A DNA stretch of 64,000 nucleotides from Escherichia phage vB_Ec-M-J. Positions 22,066 through 32,114 of this stretch are shown here, one piece after another; the first letter of the stretch is position 1; the number at the start of each line of letters is the position of its first letter. A model generated the notes under the pieces. That model worked only from the letters and a program-made list of their open reading frames with translations, was not told the origin of the DNA and did not search any database. Location of the stretch: the sequence record OQ718158.1, one strand, 5' to 3'. The position numbers and the translations under genes were made by a program.

Positions 22066-22374
22066 ATGTTTCAAACTAACACTCAAGGTTTTGTAATCAT
22101 CGATTTGAATCAAAACAGCGGTTATTGGATGAAACCTACTGACGCATGTATGCAGTTTGATTTTTTAGGTTACAGGATTAGTGTAAGTACTGGTGCTTCT
22201 GTACTGCGTGGTGGTTGTATCGTTGAACATCTGGTAACTGATCCAGAAGGTCGTGAGTATGAAATCGCAGGTTCAGTACAAGATGCCATTATGTTTGTAT
22301 GTCAGCGTGAAATGAATAGTTCGAATTCAAATGCACTGACTCATGCTCTTTCTCAAGAAGTGGAGGTTCGTTAA
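22066..22374 (+). CDS. hypothetical protein
   Basis: GAGGAA SD. Confidence 0.6.
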   Translation: MFQTNTQGFVIIDLNQNSGYWMKPTDACMQFDFLGYRISVSTGASVLRGGCIVEHLVTDPEGREYEIAGSVQDAIMFVCQREMNSSNSNALTHALSQEVEVR

Positions 22375-22625
22375 TGAAATATATCGTAGCAGTACTCGTT
22401 GCATTTTTACTCACTGCATGTGACGCTTCAACCAAAGAACGCACAAGTGATTTTATTCTCCCTATTGAATTACAAGAAGCAGGATGTAAGATTTATCGTA
22501 TGCAAAAGGATGGTGCTGGCGTAACCTTGTATACAGTTTATTGCCCTAATGCAAATACCAGTACTGGATACAGCAGCGGTAAAACACGAATCAATACTTC
22601 AGTGATTAATGGAGTACAACAATGA
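22374..22625 (+). CDS. putative lipoprotein
   Basis: TAATG coupling; signal peptide with lipobox LLTAC. Confidence 0.6.
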   Translation: MKYIVAVLVAFLLTACDASTKERTSDFILPIELQEAGCKIYRMQKDGAGVTLYTVYCPNANTSTGYSSGKTRINTSVINGVQQ

Positions 22626-22990
22626 GCCTTGATACAACCCGTGCAACAGATTTATTAACTCGTATGAATAATGAAGAATTTCTTGCTGAAATAAAGTACA
22701 AGCTTGAAAAACTGGCACGAAGTGCTGAAGTAATTGAAGTTGAAGGTCACTTACCAATGGACCAATTCCATACGTTCAACGAAGATATGGTTTATTATCC
22801 AAATGAAATTTGGATTGAGTGGGAGTCATGGACTAACAAAACTCTACGCATTGAAGGTTATTGTGTGAATTATGAATCTGAACCTGGTGATGTTACAAAA
22901 ACTCTCTCCATTTGGTGTACAAAAACACATGAACTCGTTGAGGTGAATTTGAATTATATGAAAGGTTTCCGTTGGGGTGATGTTCAATGA
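22622..22990 (+). CDS. hypothetical protein
   Basis: ATGA overlap. Confidence 0.55.
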   Translation: MSLDTTRATDLLTRMNNEEFLAEIKYKLEKLARSAEVIEVEGHLPMDQFHTFNEDMVYYPNEIWIEWESWTNKTLRIEGYCVNYESEPGDVTKTLSIWCTKTHELVEVNLNYMKGFRWGDVQ

Positions 22991-23262
22991 TTAAAAAACT
23001 ATTGACAGTTGTCTTTGTATTCTGTACAATGTTTCTTACAGCATGTAATGATGACGGCAGGTTTAGTGCAAAAGACTTAGTTCGTCAGGATTGTACATTC
23101 ACAGGTAAGTCTTTTATTAACGAGTATGAAATATGTACACAATCAGGTCGTATCTGTGGTGGTTGGGAAAAACGTCAGGAGCGATTGTATGTATATGAAT
23201 GCCCTGGTCATCTCAACAAAGTACTAAGCACACACAAACTTGTTTATGATAAGGTTGAATAA
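22987..23262 (+). CDS. putative lipoprotein
   Basis: ATGA overlap; signal peptide with lipobox FLTAC. Confidence 0.6.
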   Translation: MIKKLLTVVFVFCTMFLTACNDDGRFSAKDLVRQDCTFTGKSFINEYEICTQSGRICGGWEKRQERLYVYECPGHLNKVLSTHKLVYDKVE

Positions 23263-23477
23263 TGACTACCAATGAAATGATGCAGGTTATTTGGGATAAA
23301 GGTTGCGATCTTAAAATCACCAGTACTGATGTTCGTGTATTCAAAACTGAATATATGGAGTACTTGGACCTTGATACTTATAATAATATTGTATCAATTG
23401 AACACAAAGGTGCAGTACTGGAAACAATTGACGTAGTACTGAAGAAAGCTACCGACCTATTAGGAGCGGCAGTGTGA
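23262..23477 (+). CDS. hypothetical protein
   Basis: TAATG coupling. Confidence 0.55.
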   Translation: MTTNEMMQVIWDKGCDLKITSTDVRVFKTEYMEYLDLDTYNNIVSIEHKGAVLETIDVVLKKATDLLGAAV

Positions 23478-23620
23478 ATAACAAAGAGTGGGAAGAGTAC
23501 CGTAAGAAGTGCAGGGAGTTTGATAAAGAACTAACTGGTACAGTGAATGCAGTAATGTGGGTATCTGTAATTATTGCAGTTCTTGCGTTGGGTGCTATTA
23601 TTATTAATAAATTATTCTAA
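23474..23620 (+). CDS. hypothetical small membrane protein (48 aa)
   Basis: GTG start overlapping upstream stop (GTGTGA); C-terminal TM helix; below track cutoff. Confidence 0.3.
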   Translation: MNNKEWEEYRKKCREFDKELTGTVNAVMWVSVIIAVLALGAIIINKLF

Positions 23621-23630
23621 GGCGAATATC

Positions 23631-23831
23631 ATGTTTACTTTATATCTCGCAGTAGTTCTCACCAATGGTGAAATCACTCGTACTATTGGTGAAGGTGTAT
23701 ATAAAACACCAGACCAGTGCTACTCTGCTACTCATTGGCCTCGCGATAGTGGGGATGAAACTCGCACTGAATTCAAATGCATGAAAGTAAAAGGTGATTT
23801 TGTTAACCTTAAGGTTATCGAGGCGAAATAA
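23631..23831 (+). CDS. hypothetical protein
   Basis: ATG at 23631 after AAGGCGA; track ORF 23574 trimmed. Confidence 0.5.
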   Translation: MFTLYLAVVLTNGEITRTIGEGVYKTPDQCYSATHWPRDSGDETRTEFKCMKVKGDFVNLKVIEAK

Positions 23832-24346
23832 TGGATATTAATGAGTTGTTGATCTTATTGTTTAATCGTGGAAATGATGTAAGACGTTCTGAATATCAAG
23901 ACAAAATTCACATTGAAACTGATAAATGTTATGGTAAAACAACTCATGAGATTTTGAAGCCAAATGGCAAACGATATGCCGATGTATGTTTTCATGAACG
24001 AAGTGATGGTAGTGAAATAATCAGTACTGAAATTGTGTTTTATGATAGATCCTCGGAAGGTTCGTATGAAATAGAACTTATATATTGTCCTGGTTCAGAA
24101 ACACACAATAAACGTCAGATATTATATGATGTTTATTCACCTCCAGGTGTAGCTGAATATTTTGTTATTGATTACAGTACTGAAGAAAGTGTGTTTCAAC
24201 AGAGCTTGATTCATAACTTCCAGTTGAATGATCCAAATGTACCAAAGTTGTTCAAACTACTCGATACTATCGATGTTGATTTTGAATTTGTTATGTGCAT
24301 TAGAACTTCCTTGATCGATGAATTTATGGAACTACTTAATATATGA
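23831..24346 (+). CDS. hypothetical protein (EE-FQ motif family)
   Basis: TAATG coupling; TEESVFQQSLIHN motif. Confidence 0.6.
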   Translation: MDINELLILLFNRGNDVRRSEYQDKIHIETDKCYGKTTHEILKPNGKRYADVCFHERSDGSEIISTEIVFYDRSSEGSYEIELIYCPGSETHNKRQILYDVYSPPGVAEYFVIDYSTEESVFQQSLIHNFQLNDPNVPKLFKLLDTIDVDFEFVMCIRTSLIDEFMELLNI

Positions 24347-24564
24347 ATCGTTACTACATTGTGTATGAGCATGTATCTGAGTTTAATAATGTACGTGGTT
24401 ATAAGAAAGAAGTACAGAAGATTGATGTATTTGTTCGTGCATTAAGTCCAACACATGCACTATTTAAATTGTTTGATGAAGTAACTAAGTACAACACACC
24501 AAAAACACAACGCTATATTGAAACAGTACATAGTGTAATACTCACTGAATATGATGGAGAATGA
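24343..24564 (+). CDS. hypothetical protein
   Basis: ATGA overlap. Confidence 0.55.
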   Translation: MNRYYIVYEHVSEFNNVRGYKKEVQKIDVFVRALSPTHALFKLFDEVTKYNTPKTQRYIETVHSVILTEYDGE

Positions 24565-24567
24565 CAA

Positions 24568-24786
24568 ATGAATTTATATCTAGTTGAAGGGTCAGTACAA
24601 GTATCCAAGCAAGACGGAGAAGGGTATCGTTTTTCACATGTAGAATATTTTAAGTACGTAGTAAAGGCCGATGGTCAGTACGACGCAGAAATTCAGGTTG
24701 AAGAATCATTCCGTAAGAAGAATGATATTGGTAAATTTGAATACCAAGACTTACAATTCACTGTATGGCCTAGCATTAATGACTAA
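24568..24786 (+). CDS. hypothetical protein
   Basis: GGAGA SD. Confidence 0.55.
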   Translation: MNLYLVEGSVQVSKQDGEGYRFSHVEYFKYVVKADGQYDAEIQVEESFRKKNDIGKFEYQDLQFTVWPSIND

Positions 24787-24787
24787 G

Positions 24788-24991
24788 ATGTGGTGGTGTC
24801 ATGGTGTCTACAATGTCTATGAATATGGTAGATTCAAAATGAGCAGCACCTATGCCAGACGTGTTAATGCGAAAAACCAAGTTGATGCTGCTTGTGAGAT
24901 TGTAGAGTGGTATGCAGAGTTCAATGCAATTGATTTTATGTACGAAATAGTTACAATAAATGTTGTACAAATTGACACGTCTTTGATATAA
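24788..24991 (+). CDS. hypothetical protein
   Basis: ATG at 24788 just after upstream stop. Confidence 0.45.
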   Translation: MWWCHGVYNVYEYGRFKMSSTYARRVNAKNQVDAACEIVEWYAEFNAIDFMYEIVTINVVQIDTSLI

Positions 24992-25025
24992 TAACTGTAT
25001 CAAAACAACCGCAACTGAGGATACT

Positions 25026-25688
25026 ATGTTAGTTAATCTTAATTTCATCACTTCTCCTGATTGGGCATTGCGTGGTGTTTCTTTGAACTTTAAAGAAACT
25101 AATTTCGACTACATTGGTGATTGTACTTTAGTTAATGCTAAATTTGATCCTCATCATCCTTTTTGGGCTGAAATTCATGATCCTAATGTAAACAATAGTA
25201 CATCTGTTATGACTATTGTACAGACGAAACATACAGGTATCCTCGCAGGTTACAGACCAGGACATGCGATTGAACACTTCACTGATTATGATGTAGTAGA
25301 TGAGTATCCAATGATCCATGAAGATGGAAGTTTATACACGTCAGAAGACTTCCGTGCTATCTTTAATAGTACTGATGACATTCTACCAAGTGGTCGTCCA
25401 CGTCCTGAGTCTTATCTTATGCACTCGTCTTATGGTGTAGCAGATACGCTTGAACAGATTTTGACGAAGTACAAGAACCTTATTGAAGGTCCAGAAGAAA
25501 TTGTCATGTGCTATCATCCAGTACTGAAGTCTGACCAACCAGAGAGTGGTGGGTGGCGTTGGCATAAGAATGGTGAGTACATCGGTACTAAGCGTAGTAA
25601 AGAACGCTTTGAGTACTTGTATGATGAGCCAGATGTTGAGGTTGTTTTATGTTATAATTTTCTTAAGGTGAAAAAGAAATGTATCTAG
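25026..25688 (+). CDS. hypothetical protein
   Basis: 220-aa ORF with GAGGA SD. Confidence 0.65.
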   Translation: MLVNLNFITSPDWALRGVSLNFKETNFDYIGDCTLVNAKFDPHHPFWAEIHDPNVNNSTSVMTIVQTKHTGILAGYRPGHAIEHFTDYDVVDEYPMIHEDGSLYTSEDFRAIFNSTDDILPSGRPRPESYLMHSSYGVADTLEQILTKYKNLIEGPEEIVMCYHPVLKSDQPESGGWRWHKNGEYIGTKRSKERFEYLYDEPDVEVVLCYNFLKVKKKCI

Positions 25689-25921
25689 TATTGAGTTTTG
25701 TAGTTGCATTATTGTTTATGTTCTACCCTACACTAGTAGCAGTAGCCACTAAACGAAAGCTGGTGGATATCACTACTGTATTCTTGCTAAACGTGGCACT
25801 CGTTCTAGTGTCTATTATAATTCCCGTGAGCTTTACGGTTATTGATATGGCATCTGTATTACTATTCGTCTTCAGTTATCTTATGCTTATTGAAGAAAAA
25901 CCTGTTGACAAACGTTTGTAG
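25679..25921 (+). CDS. hypothetical membrane protein
   Basis: Two hydrophobic helices. Confidence 0.5.
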   Translation: MYLVLSFVVALLFMFYPTLVAVATKRKLVDITTVFLLNVALVLVSIIIPVSFTVIDMASVLLFVFSYLMLIEEKPVDKRL

Positions 25922-25932
25922 TACTGTATAAT
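25905..25932 (+). promoter_or_regulatory. sigma70-like promoter
   Basis: TTGACA-N16-TATAAT overlapping upstream gene end. Confidence 0.5.
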
Positions 25933-25979
25933 GGTTCTTGTAGTCTGAAACTTAACACTTAAACTTGAGGATATAAAAC

Positions 25980-26306
25980 ATGTTATCAGTTCTAATTTCA
26001 ATTCCTGCTCTAATTCTGTTATGGGTTATGGTTTTCGAATTCTTCATTAAAGACGAAACCGAGCGTGATGAGTTTCGTGAGTTGTTTATGTTAGACTCAC
26101 CCATTGTACGAATCTTCTTCGTTGTAGTACTTATTTCAGTACTGTCATGGTTAGTAAATTTTGTATTACCAATTGGACCATTTGTTTCAATTATGAATTT
26201 AGTTGAGAACATTGTTGGTATTGTGTGGTTTACTAATGCATTGTTTGCTGGTAAAGTTTCCATTTGGTTTGATATCTTGAAAGATAAACTAACTAGTAAG
26301 AAGTAA
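25980..26306 (+). CDS. hypothetical membrane protein
   Basis: GAGGA SD; hydrophobic segments. Confidence 0.55.
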   Translation: MLSVLISIPALILLWVMVFEFFIKDETERDEFRELFMLDSPIVRIFFVVVLISVLSWLVNFVLPIGPFVSIMNLVENIVGIVWFTNALFAGKVSIWFDILKDKLTSKK

Positions 26307-26384
26307 CGTTCAAAAAGTCTCTAATAGTATTAAATACTTCTGTACAAATAATATGTGCAGAAGTATTGCTCGTTAGAGGTTATA

Positions 26385-26750
26385 ATGAAAAAATATATAA
26401 GAATGATAATGGTGTTTGTAGTATTCATGCTTTATTCAAGGTTCAGTACAGCCGTACCTGCTTACCTTGATTGTATGGGAAACGATGGAACATGGCATGT
26501 ACTTTCTAATGACCCACAAAATGGAAACAATATTGTCGTAGATAATGAGGTTTACCGTTTCAGGGCCGAGAGTTTGATTGGGAATAAAAAGGTATCGACA
26601 TATAAATCAGATGCTGGTATAATAGCAAATGTAATATTGATAGTGGACCCCAAGACAAAGGATGGGGATATTTACATAGTCATTTATCAAGATTCGTCGA
26701 ACAAACGCGATCAGGATATTGATAAATTGAATATTCATTGTGAACTGTAA
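26385..26750 (+). CDS. hypothetical secreted protein
   Basis: ATG at 26385 after AGAGG; signal-peptide-like N-terminus. Confidence 0.55.
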   Translation: MKKYIRMIMVFVVFMLYSRFSTAVPAYLDCMGNDGTWHVLSNDPQNGNNIVVDNEVYRFRAESLIGNKKVSTYKSDAGIIANVILIVDPKTKDGDIYIVIYQDSSNKRDQDIDKLNIHCEL

Positions 26751-26760
26751 GGTATAACAA

Positions 26761-27144
26761 ATGATAAACGATGTAATGCTTTATGTATTAATTACTCCGA
26801 TTCTTATTAACTCAGTAATAACTATTTCAATGGCATTATTTGGTATAGTAGCAATTGTTTATGCGGTTAGTACTGGAAAGTATACTTTAATTAGTAAGGT
26901 TGATTCATGGTTCGCATCTGATAGTGTACCATATTCAGCTAGTATGATTACGATTGGTATTCTAATCGTTGCATTTACACTGCACTGTATTGGTTTTATT
27001 AATACAAGTATTTTTTCAGTTTTTATTGGTCTATCATTATATCCATCACTTTGGTACTTGATTTATGTAATCGATGTTTGGTATAATAACTACAAGCAGT
27101 ACAAAGTGAAGAAATCCATTTTATCCAAAGGAAACAAATCATGA
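26761..27144 (+). CDS. hypothetical membrane protein
   Basis: Several TM helices. Confidence 0.55.
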   Translation: MINDVMLYVLITPILINSVITISMALFGIVAIVYAVSTGKYTLISKVDSWFASDSVPYSASMITIGILIVAFTLHCIGFINTSIFSVFIGLSLYPSLWYLIYVIDVWYNNYKQYKVKKSILSKGNKS

Positions 27145-27491
27145 AAGTAATTTTGTTTTTTGTTTGTATGATTATATGTGGTATGTCTTATGCAGAACCA
27201 TTACCTGGACTAGTCTGTACTGAAGGTGATATTAAACACATTTACCAAGGTGATAGCGATGACCATACTATCGTTTATATCGATGGTGAAGTGTATAATT
27301 TTGTTAAAGAACATACTGTAGGTGACATTAGTTTTACGCAGTACTCGAATGATACTGATCCCAATATGCTTGCATTTCTTCAAGTTGATGTATATGAAGA
27401 AAGTAATGGTGAACAGTATGTTAAACTTGTGATGATGCGTAAGGCAGCAAAACAGGCAACATTCGGTGGCTTGTGTAAATATGAGGACTAA
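27141..27491 (+). CDS. hypothetical secreted protein
   Basis: ATGA overlap; signal peptide. Confidence 0.55.
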   Translation: MKVILFFVCMIICGMSYAEPLPGLVCTEGDIKHIYQGDSDDHTIVYIDGEVYNFVKEHTVGDISFTQYSNDTDPNMLAFLQVDVYEESNGEQYVKLVMMRKAAKQATFGGLCKYED

Positions 27492-27495
27492 ACAT

Positions 27496-27687
27496 ATGTT
27501 GATTTATCAATGTGATAACATTCGTGTTATGCAGCATCCCTACTTACAAATCTTTGATGTGCAGCAGTATATGGAAGGTGATGACCCAAGAACCTATGGT
27601 CGTAAGTATGATTACTTCACTGTAAAGCAGTGTCATAACATCAAAGAAGTACGACAATTAGTTCAAGAACTTCAAAATAAAGGTTGA
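27496..27687 (+). CDS. hypothetical protein
   Basis: ATG at 27496 after GAGGA; stop overlaps -35 of next cassette. Confidence 0.5.
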   Translation: MLIYQCDNIRVMQHPYLQIFDVQQYMEGDDPRTYGRKYDYFTVKQCHNIKEVRQLVQELQNKG

Positions 27688-27713
27688 CTTCGGTCAACCT
27701 TTTTTGTTATAAT
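27681..27713 (+). promoter_or_regulatory. PeSL-like promoter/UUCG-hairpin cassette
   Basis: aggTTGACTtcggtcaacct hairpin containing the -35, T-run, TATAAT 18 nt downstream. Confidence 0.6.
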
Positions 27714-27742
27714 TACTTCATCAACTACTGGGGATTTTAATT

Positions 27743-28183
27743 ATGTACGTATATCGTTTTGAACTTAAATTCAGTTATATTGAACCTAACTTAGATCCAG
27801 CAAAAACAGTAGGGCCGTTCGCACGGTACTCTTCACGATACAGTACTAAAAATGGATTTGACCGTTTGTGCATGACCACGCCTTCGCAATTCCAACCAGA
27901 ACCAACTGAAGATGGAATCTATTCAATCAAACGTGGCTGGGCATTTGGCTGTCAGAGTTTGAATGATTTGTTTAAGTTCTTTACTATGGACTTGGGTAAA
28001 TTACATCGTGCAGGGTTTGCTGTATCAGTATATGAAGTTCCTGATAATCATGTTGACATTGGTCGTAGTCAGGTTCAGTACTATTGTGGTAGTGCCAATC
28101 TGGTTCGTATTATGTCAGTGAGAGAAGCAAAGGATGAGTACCGCCAAAGTAAAAGAGTAATACATGAGGCTGTATATGGATAA
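27743..28183 (+). CDS. hypothetical protein
   Basis: 146-aa ORF downstream of cassette. Confidence 0.6.
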   Translation: MYVYRFELKFSYIEPNLDPAKTVGPFARYSSRYSTKNGFDRLCMTTPSQFQPEPTEDGIYSIKRGWAFGCQSLNDLFKFFTMDLGKLHRAGFAVSVYEVPDNHVDIGRSQVQYYCGSANLVRIMSVREAKDEYRQSKRVIHEAVYG

Positions 28184-28520
28184 GACTCAAATAGAATTAA
28201 AAAAATTTGTATCGTTTTATCTACCCAATGACCCACGTTGTACACAATATGATGTTGCATATTACAATGCATTGACTACACAGTTAATGAAGAAATTCAA
28301 ACAGTGTTTGACTGTATTCAATGATGATGGTAGACGTAGATATAGAATCATTCCAATGAATGATGAAAACGATAACTACTTTGACTTTGATGTTGTTTTT
28401 CGAGCATATAATGATGATAGAATAAAATTAAATTATGAGCAAATAATGCTTGACCTCAGTGTTATCTGTGTTATAATTACTCACATAGCCGAACTTGATG
28501 GTTTAAAAGAATGGTATTAA
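28176..28520 (+). CDS. hypothetical protein
   Basis: ATG at 28176 overlapping upstream gene end. Confidence 0.5.
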   Translation: MDKTQIELKKFVSFYLPNDPRCTQYDVAYYNALTTQLMKKFKQCLTVFNDDGRRRYRIIPMNDENDNYFDFDVVFRAYNDDRIKLNYEQIMLDLSVICVIITHIAELDGLKEWY

Positions 28521-28534
28521 CTTAGAGGATAATC

Positions 28535-28801
28535 ATGAAGCTTAAATTACAATACAATGGTTTTACTTTGCGTAACGACACTGAGTTTGTCAATCGTTCA
28601 CCAGGTGCTGAGTTGTTTTTGCGAGAGATGAACATTCCTTTCGTCATCACTACTGTTGGTGACCGTGAAGTGCTACAATACGCAGAGCATCCAGTTATTG
28701 ATGTTCCGTGGTATTCTGAGCATATGTATATGGATATGGCCCGTCGCTACGACTGTAAGTTCGTAGTTGAAGGTGATAAAATTACAGTCCAATTCAAATA
28801 A
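28535..28801 (+). CDS. hypothetical protein
   Basis: GAGGA SD. Confidence 0.6.
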   Translation: MKLKLQYNGFTLRNDTEFVNRSPGAELFLREMNIPFVITTVGDREVLQYAEHPVIDVPWYSEHMYMDMARRYDCKFVVEGDKITVQFK

Positions 28802-28812
28802 GGTAACTTAAA

Positions 28813-29106
28813 ATGATCAGTACTTCAGTAAATGCAAGCATCGTGGCAGACGTAGAAATGGTTAAAGAATGTACAGACGAAACCCTTCGCAACATGTACA
28901 TCAATGATTTGATTTCAGAGTACGGAAGTCGTGGTGTTCATGAGTTTGTTCGCCTAAGCGGTGAATTGATGAAGAATCGCATTCGTATGAAGCTTAATGT
29001 GCATCCAAAAGCATGGGCGTTTACAATGAAGTACGCTGAAGATATTGTTGAGTTGCGTCGCAATGATGTGTATAATCGTTTACACAATGGTACATTAAAG
29101 GACTAA
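28813..29106 (+). CDS. hypothetical protein
   Basis: AAGG SD. Confidence 0.55.
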   Translation: MISTSVNASIVADVEMVKECTDETLRNMYINDLISEYGSRGVHEFVRLSGELMKNRIRMKLNVHPKAWAFTMKYAEDIVELRRNDVYNRLHNGTLKD

Positions 29107-29156
29107 ATTATAGGAATCCGTAAAAGGATTCCTGTTCTTGTTTATAAGGTAATAAA

Positions 29157-29381
29157 ATGAAATATCTAGTACTAGTACTGCTATTCTTGAGTACTGTTGT
29201 ATGTGCTAAACCAAAGTATCATGTAGTGTGTATCAACGAGATGGAAGGATATACTGAAACATATAAGAACCATATTGTTGAAGTTGCAGCCCAAGGTTCC
29301 TATGGGACCATCATCTTCCTTAAGAACAATGTGATTGTTCAGTACAAAAAAGATTCAAATTGTAAAGTGACTAAAAAATGA
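29157..29381 (+). CDS. hypothetical secreted protein
   Basis: Signal peptide MKYLVLVLLFLSTVVCA. Confidence 0.55.
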   Translation: MKYLVLVLLFLSTVVCAKPKYHVVCINEMEGYTETYKNHIVEVAAQGSYGTIIFLKNNVIVQYKKDSNCKVTKK

Positions 29382-29451
29382 TCTAGATCAATTTTTCAGA
29401 TATTCTCTGTAAATAATAGCAGTACAGAACATTATTTTACGGAGGTGTAAT

Positions 29452-29688
29452 ATGGAAACTATAATCATCATATGTGCGTTGTTTGCATTTTTGGTAATGT
29501 GGTCACCAACATTCATTGCATATAAAATGAAAAATAAAAATGCAGAAGCAATTATGTACGTAAACTTATGTTGCATACTAACTTATGGAATACTTTTATT
29601 CTTTACTGAATTTACATTAATCCCAGTAGTAGTTTGTTCATCAATGTTTATTTGGTTGTTTCTGCTTTATGAATCTATTAAAAAATAA
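29452..29688 (+). CDS. hypothetical membrane protein
   Basis: GGAGGTG SD; TM helices. Confidence 0.55.
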   Translation: METIIIICALFAFLVMWSPTFIAYKMKNKNAEAIMYVNLCCILTYGILLFFTEFTLIPVVVCSSMFIWLFLLYESIKK

Positions 29689-29742
29689 AAGATATAGGGT
29701 TGGTAATATGCCATCCCTTTTACTTTATGTGGGGTTTAATTA

Positions 29743-30315
29743 ATGAATAGAAAAGGTAAGTTCAAAGTATCAAAGAAGAACAAAAGTTCTAGATTTAGAC
29801 CTATAACTTTAACTTTTAAGGCTAAAGAAGAATTAACTGCACTTAGTAAAAAGATAATTTCATCTAAGATTAAAGTATCATACGTAAATTCGGTAAAATT
29901 TCAGAAGGTTAAACCACAAGACAAACTCATTTCACTTATATTTAAACGTAATGATTTTGAGATATTAGTAGATGATTATAGAGCCTATAATGCTGGATTC
30001 ATTCATGTCACTTGTAATACCGAACTAACTGAGTTGGAACATTTGACATGTATCATAAGTGTAGATAACGGTGTGGTGAAGTACAATTTTTTACATTTTA
30101 CCAATATCAATAATGGAATGGGTGTACAATCCAGACCTATAGTACCTACATGTGATGTGACTAATTTAGCAAAGCTCAATGAAGAAGAATATTTTCAAGA
30201 AAGCATTGTAACTGAGCATTTAGATGCTATAATAGCAACTTACAAAGAATGCATATGGGTTTTGAATGCGATAAAGCCCAAATTGTGTTTAATGAATGTC
30301 GTTCGTGATTTATAA
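29743..30315 (+). CDS. hypothetical protein (EE-FQ motif family)
   Basis: NEEEYFQESIV motif. Confidence 0.6.
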   Translation: MNRKGKFKVSKKNKSSRFRPITLTFKAKEELTALSKKIISSKIKVSYVNSVKFQKVKPQDKLISLIFKRNDFEILVDDYRAYNAGFIHVTCNTELTELEHLTCIISVDNGVVKYNFLHFTNINNGMGVQSRPIVPTCDVTNLAKLNEEEYFQESIVTEHLDAIIATYKECIWVLNAIKPKLCLMNVVRDL

Positions 30316-30328
30316 CTGGAGATGTAGT

Positions 30329-30772
30329 ATGGGTTGGATTAACGTTAATAGCATTGAACTAAATGAGCAAGACATATTTGCCTTTGTTAATTTGGTAGAG
30401 AACATTGCTATTAAAGGTCGTCTGTTTAGTTCATCGGACGGTAAAAAATGGATCTCTCTTATGAACGACAATGGCGAGATTTATGACGTTATGCAACTAC
30501 CTCATTGGGCTTATAAGAATACATCTGATGATGTGATGGCTGCTGTTATGCGTGAGTTTGAGAAGCTGCCAGGTGGTGATATTAAGAACATCGTATTCAA
30601 TGCAGAACGCATGAACTACACACCAGAGCAGCTTCAACAGTTGGCAATTGCTGCCTATCAAGCTGCCATTAAGAAACCTGAATGTGTGATATTAAAGTAC
30701 ACACCGAACTTGAAGTTAACACTAGAAGATATGGATTCCTTTATCTTCAGTTCAGAACTTAAACAGTACTGA
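30329..30772 (+). CDS. hypothetical protein
   Basis: ATG at 30329 after GGAGATG. Confidence 0.55.
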   Translation: MGWINVNSIELNEQDIFAFVNLVENIAIKGRLFSSSDGKKWISLMNDNGEIYDVMQLPHWAYKNTSDDVMAAVMREFEKLPGGDIKNIVFNAERMNYTPEQLQQLAIAAYQAAIKKPECVILKYTPNLKLTLEDMDSFIFSSELKQY

Positions 30773-30883
30773 TTTGACTTTGGAACAACCATTTCATATG
30801 TGATATAATCTTAAGTGTCTGTTGAAATAAACAGCACATGAAGTATAAATATTAAAGTAATTTATCTCTTTAAGGAGTATGAA

Positions 30884-31267
30884 ATGGTTGATAAATGGAA
30901 TAAGAAAGATCCATCGCATGATGTGGATATTTCTGGAATTGATAATGCACATAAGCATAAGTATCTTGATTCACTAGGTCTACTAAAGCCTGACCAAAGT
31001 CTTGCACATGATCGTCCTTCACGCGAAAAAGCTTTCAGTTTAGAATCACTAGGCCATGAATTGAATCGTGTATTTGAAGATCATCCAATTTATGTACGTG
31101 ATATCATTGAGAAACTTAAAGTGACTCCTAAAGAGCACTTCAAGGCAACAGTACACGCAGCATTCCGTGCACTACATGAAGCACTAAAGAAAACTCATAA
31201 CCTTCGTAAGATTCATGATGATATCGTGAACTCTATTGAAGGCGAAAAACATAAGTTTAAAAAATAA
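30884..31267 (+). CDS. hypothetical basic protein with SLGLL motif
   Basis: AAGGAG SD; KYLDSLGLLKP motif shared with 32115 gene. Confidence 0.6.
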   Translation: MVDKWNKKDPSHDVDISGIDNAHKHKYLDSLGLLKPDQSLAHDRPSREKAFSLESLGHELNRVFEDHPIYVRDIIEKLKVTPKEHFKATVHAAFRALHEALKKTHNLRKIHDDIVNSIEGEKHKFKK

Positions 31268-31274
31268 TTAAAAG

Positions 31275-31307
31275 GGGTTGACTTCAGTCAGCCCTTTGTC
31301 GTATAAT
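31275..31307 (+). promoter_or_regulatory. PeSL-like promoter/hairpin cassette
   Basis: gggTTGACTtcagtcagccc hairpin, TATAAT 18 nt downstream. Confidence 0.55.
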
Positions 31308-31354
31308 ATTTTCATCAAGTGATACAAAATACAAACAACGTGAGGTATTAAATT

Positions 31355-31468
31355 ATGCAAGGTACTAAATTCATCATCGCTGCCCTAATCGCTGCTGTTG
31401 TAGTGGGTACAGTATGTTATTCAATTGACACCTATATCAATACACCTAGTGTTGAACAAACCAAATAA
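31355..31468 (+). CDS. hypothetical small membrane protein (37 aa)
   Basis: GAGG SD; single TM helix; below track cutoff. Confidence 0.4.
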   Translation: MQGTKFIIAALIAAVVVGTVCYSIDTYINTPSVEQTK

Positions 31469-31476
31469 GGGATATC

Positions 31477-31740
31477 ATGGCTGAAACATTATCACTATAT
31501 GCGTTAGTACTGTTATTTGTCGGATTTCTTCCCGCACTCATTACAGCCATTCGTGTTGTTAAACATGAAGCTGCATTGATTGTATGTAGTATTGGGTCGA
31601 ACATTCTATTGTATTTCTTTTTGACAAACACTATTGTACTGTTCGCTTTCTTTATCATGATTCTGTGGGTACTTGTAATTCTCGGATTCTTCATTTGGTC
31701 ATTGGTTGATCCTAAGAAAAAAACAGGAGAAGTGAAATGA
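31477..31740 (+). CDS. hypothetical membrane protein
   Basis: TM helices. Confidence 0.55.
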   Translation: MAETLSLYALVLLFVGFLPALITAIRVVKHEAALIVCSIGSNILLYFFLTNTIVLFAFFIMILWVLVILGFFIWSLVDPKKKTGEVK

Positions 31741-32033
31741 AATTAATTATTGTAATGATGATGTTTTTGGCTTTCCCAGTACTGGCTACTCCTAATCTGG
31801 ACTGCACACTGTTGCGTTCAGATGGTGACACACTTGAAATCAACACATATGAACTCTTTGGTCCAAGTGTAGTGGAGAATGAAACCACCTACAATTTCAA
31901 AGCTATTGACTTTGAAGGTAATGTTCCAGTACTAACTACAATGACTATTGACAAAACTACTTTACTCGGACGAATCACCACACAACGCGGAGAAAGTAAA
32001 ACATTCACAGCGAAAGCTGACTGTAACTACTAA
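31737..32033 (+). CDS. hypothetical secreted protein
   Basis: ATGA overlap; signal peptide. Confidence 0.55.
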   Translation: MKLIIVMMMFLAFPVLATPNLDCTLLRSDGDTLEINTYELFGPSVVENETTYNFKAIDFEGNVPVLTTMTIDKTTLLGRITTQRGESKTFTAKADCNY

Positions 32034-32045
32034 TGGTATAGTACA

Positions 32046-32076
32046 GTGAAAATAGGGTTGACTTCGGTCAACCTTT
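32046..32076 (+). promoter_or_regulatory. PeSL-like promoter/UUCG-hairpin cassette
   Basis: ggTTGACTtcggtcaacc hairpin, TATACT 17 nt downstream. Confidence 0.55.
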
Positions 32077-32114
32077 TCTTTATACTATAAATATAGTCAT
32101 AGAGAATAAACAAT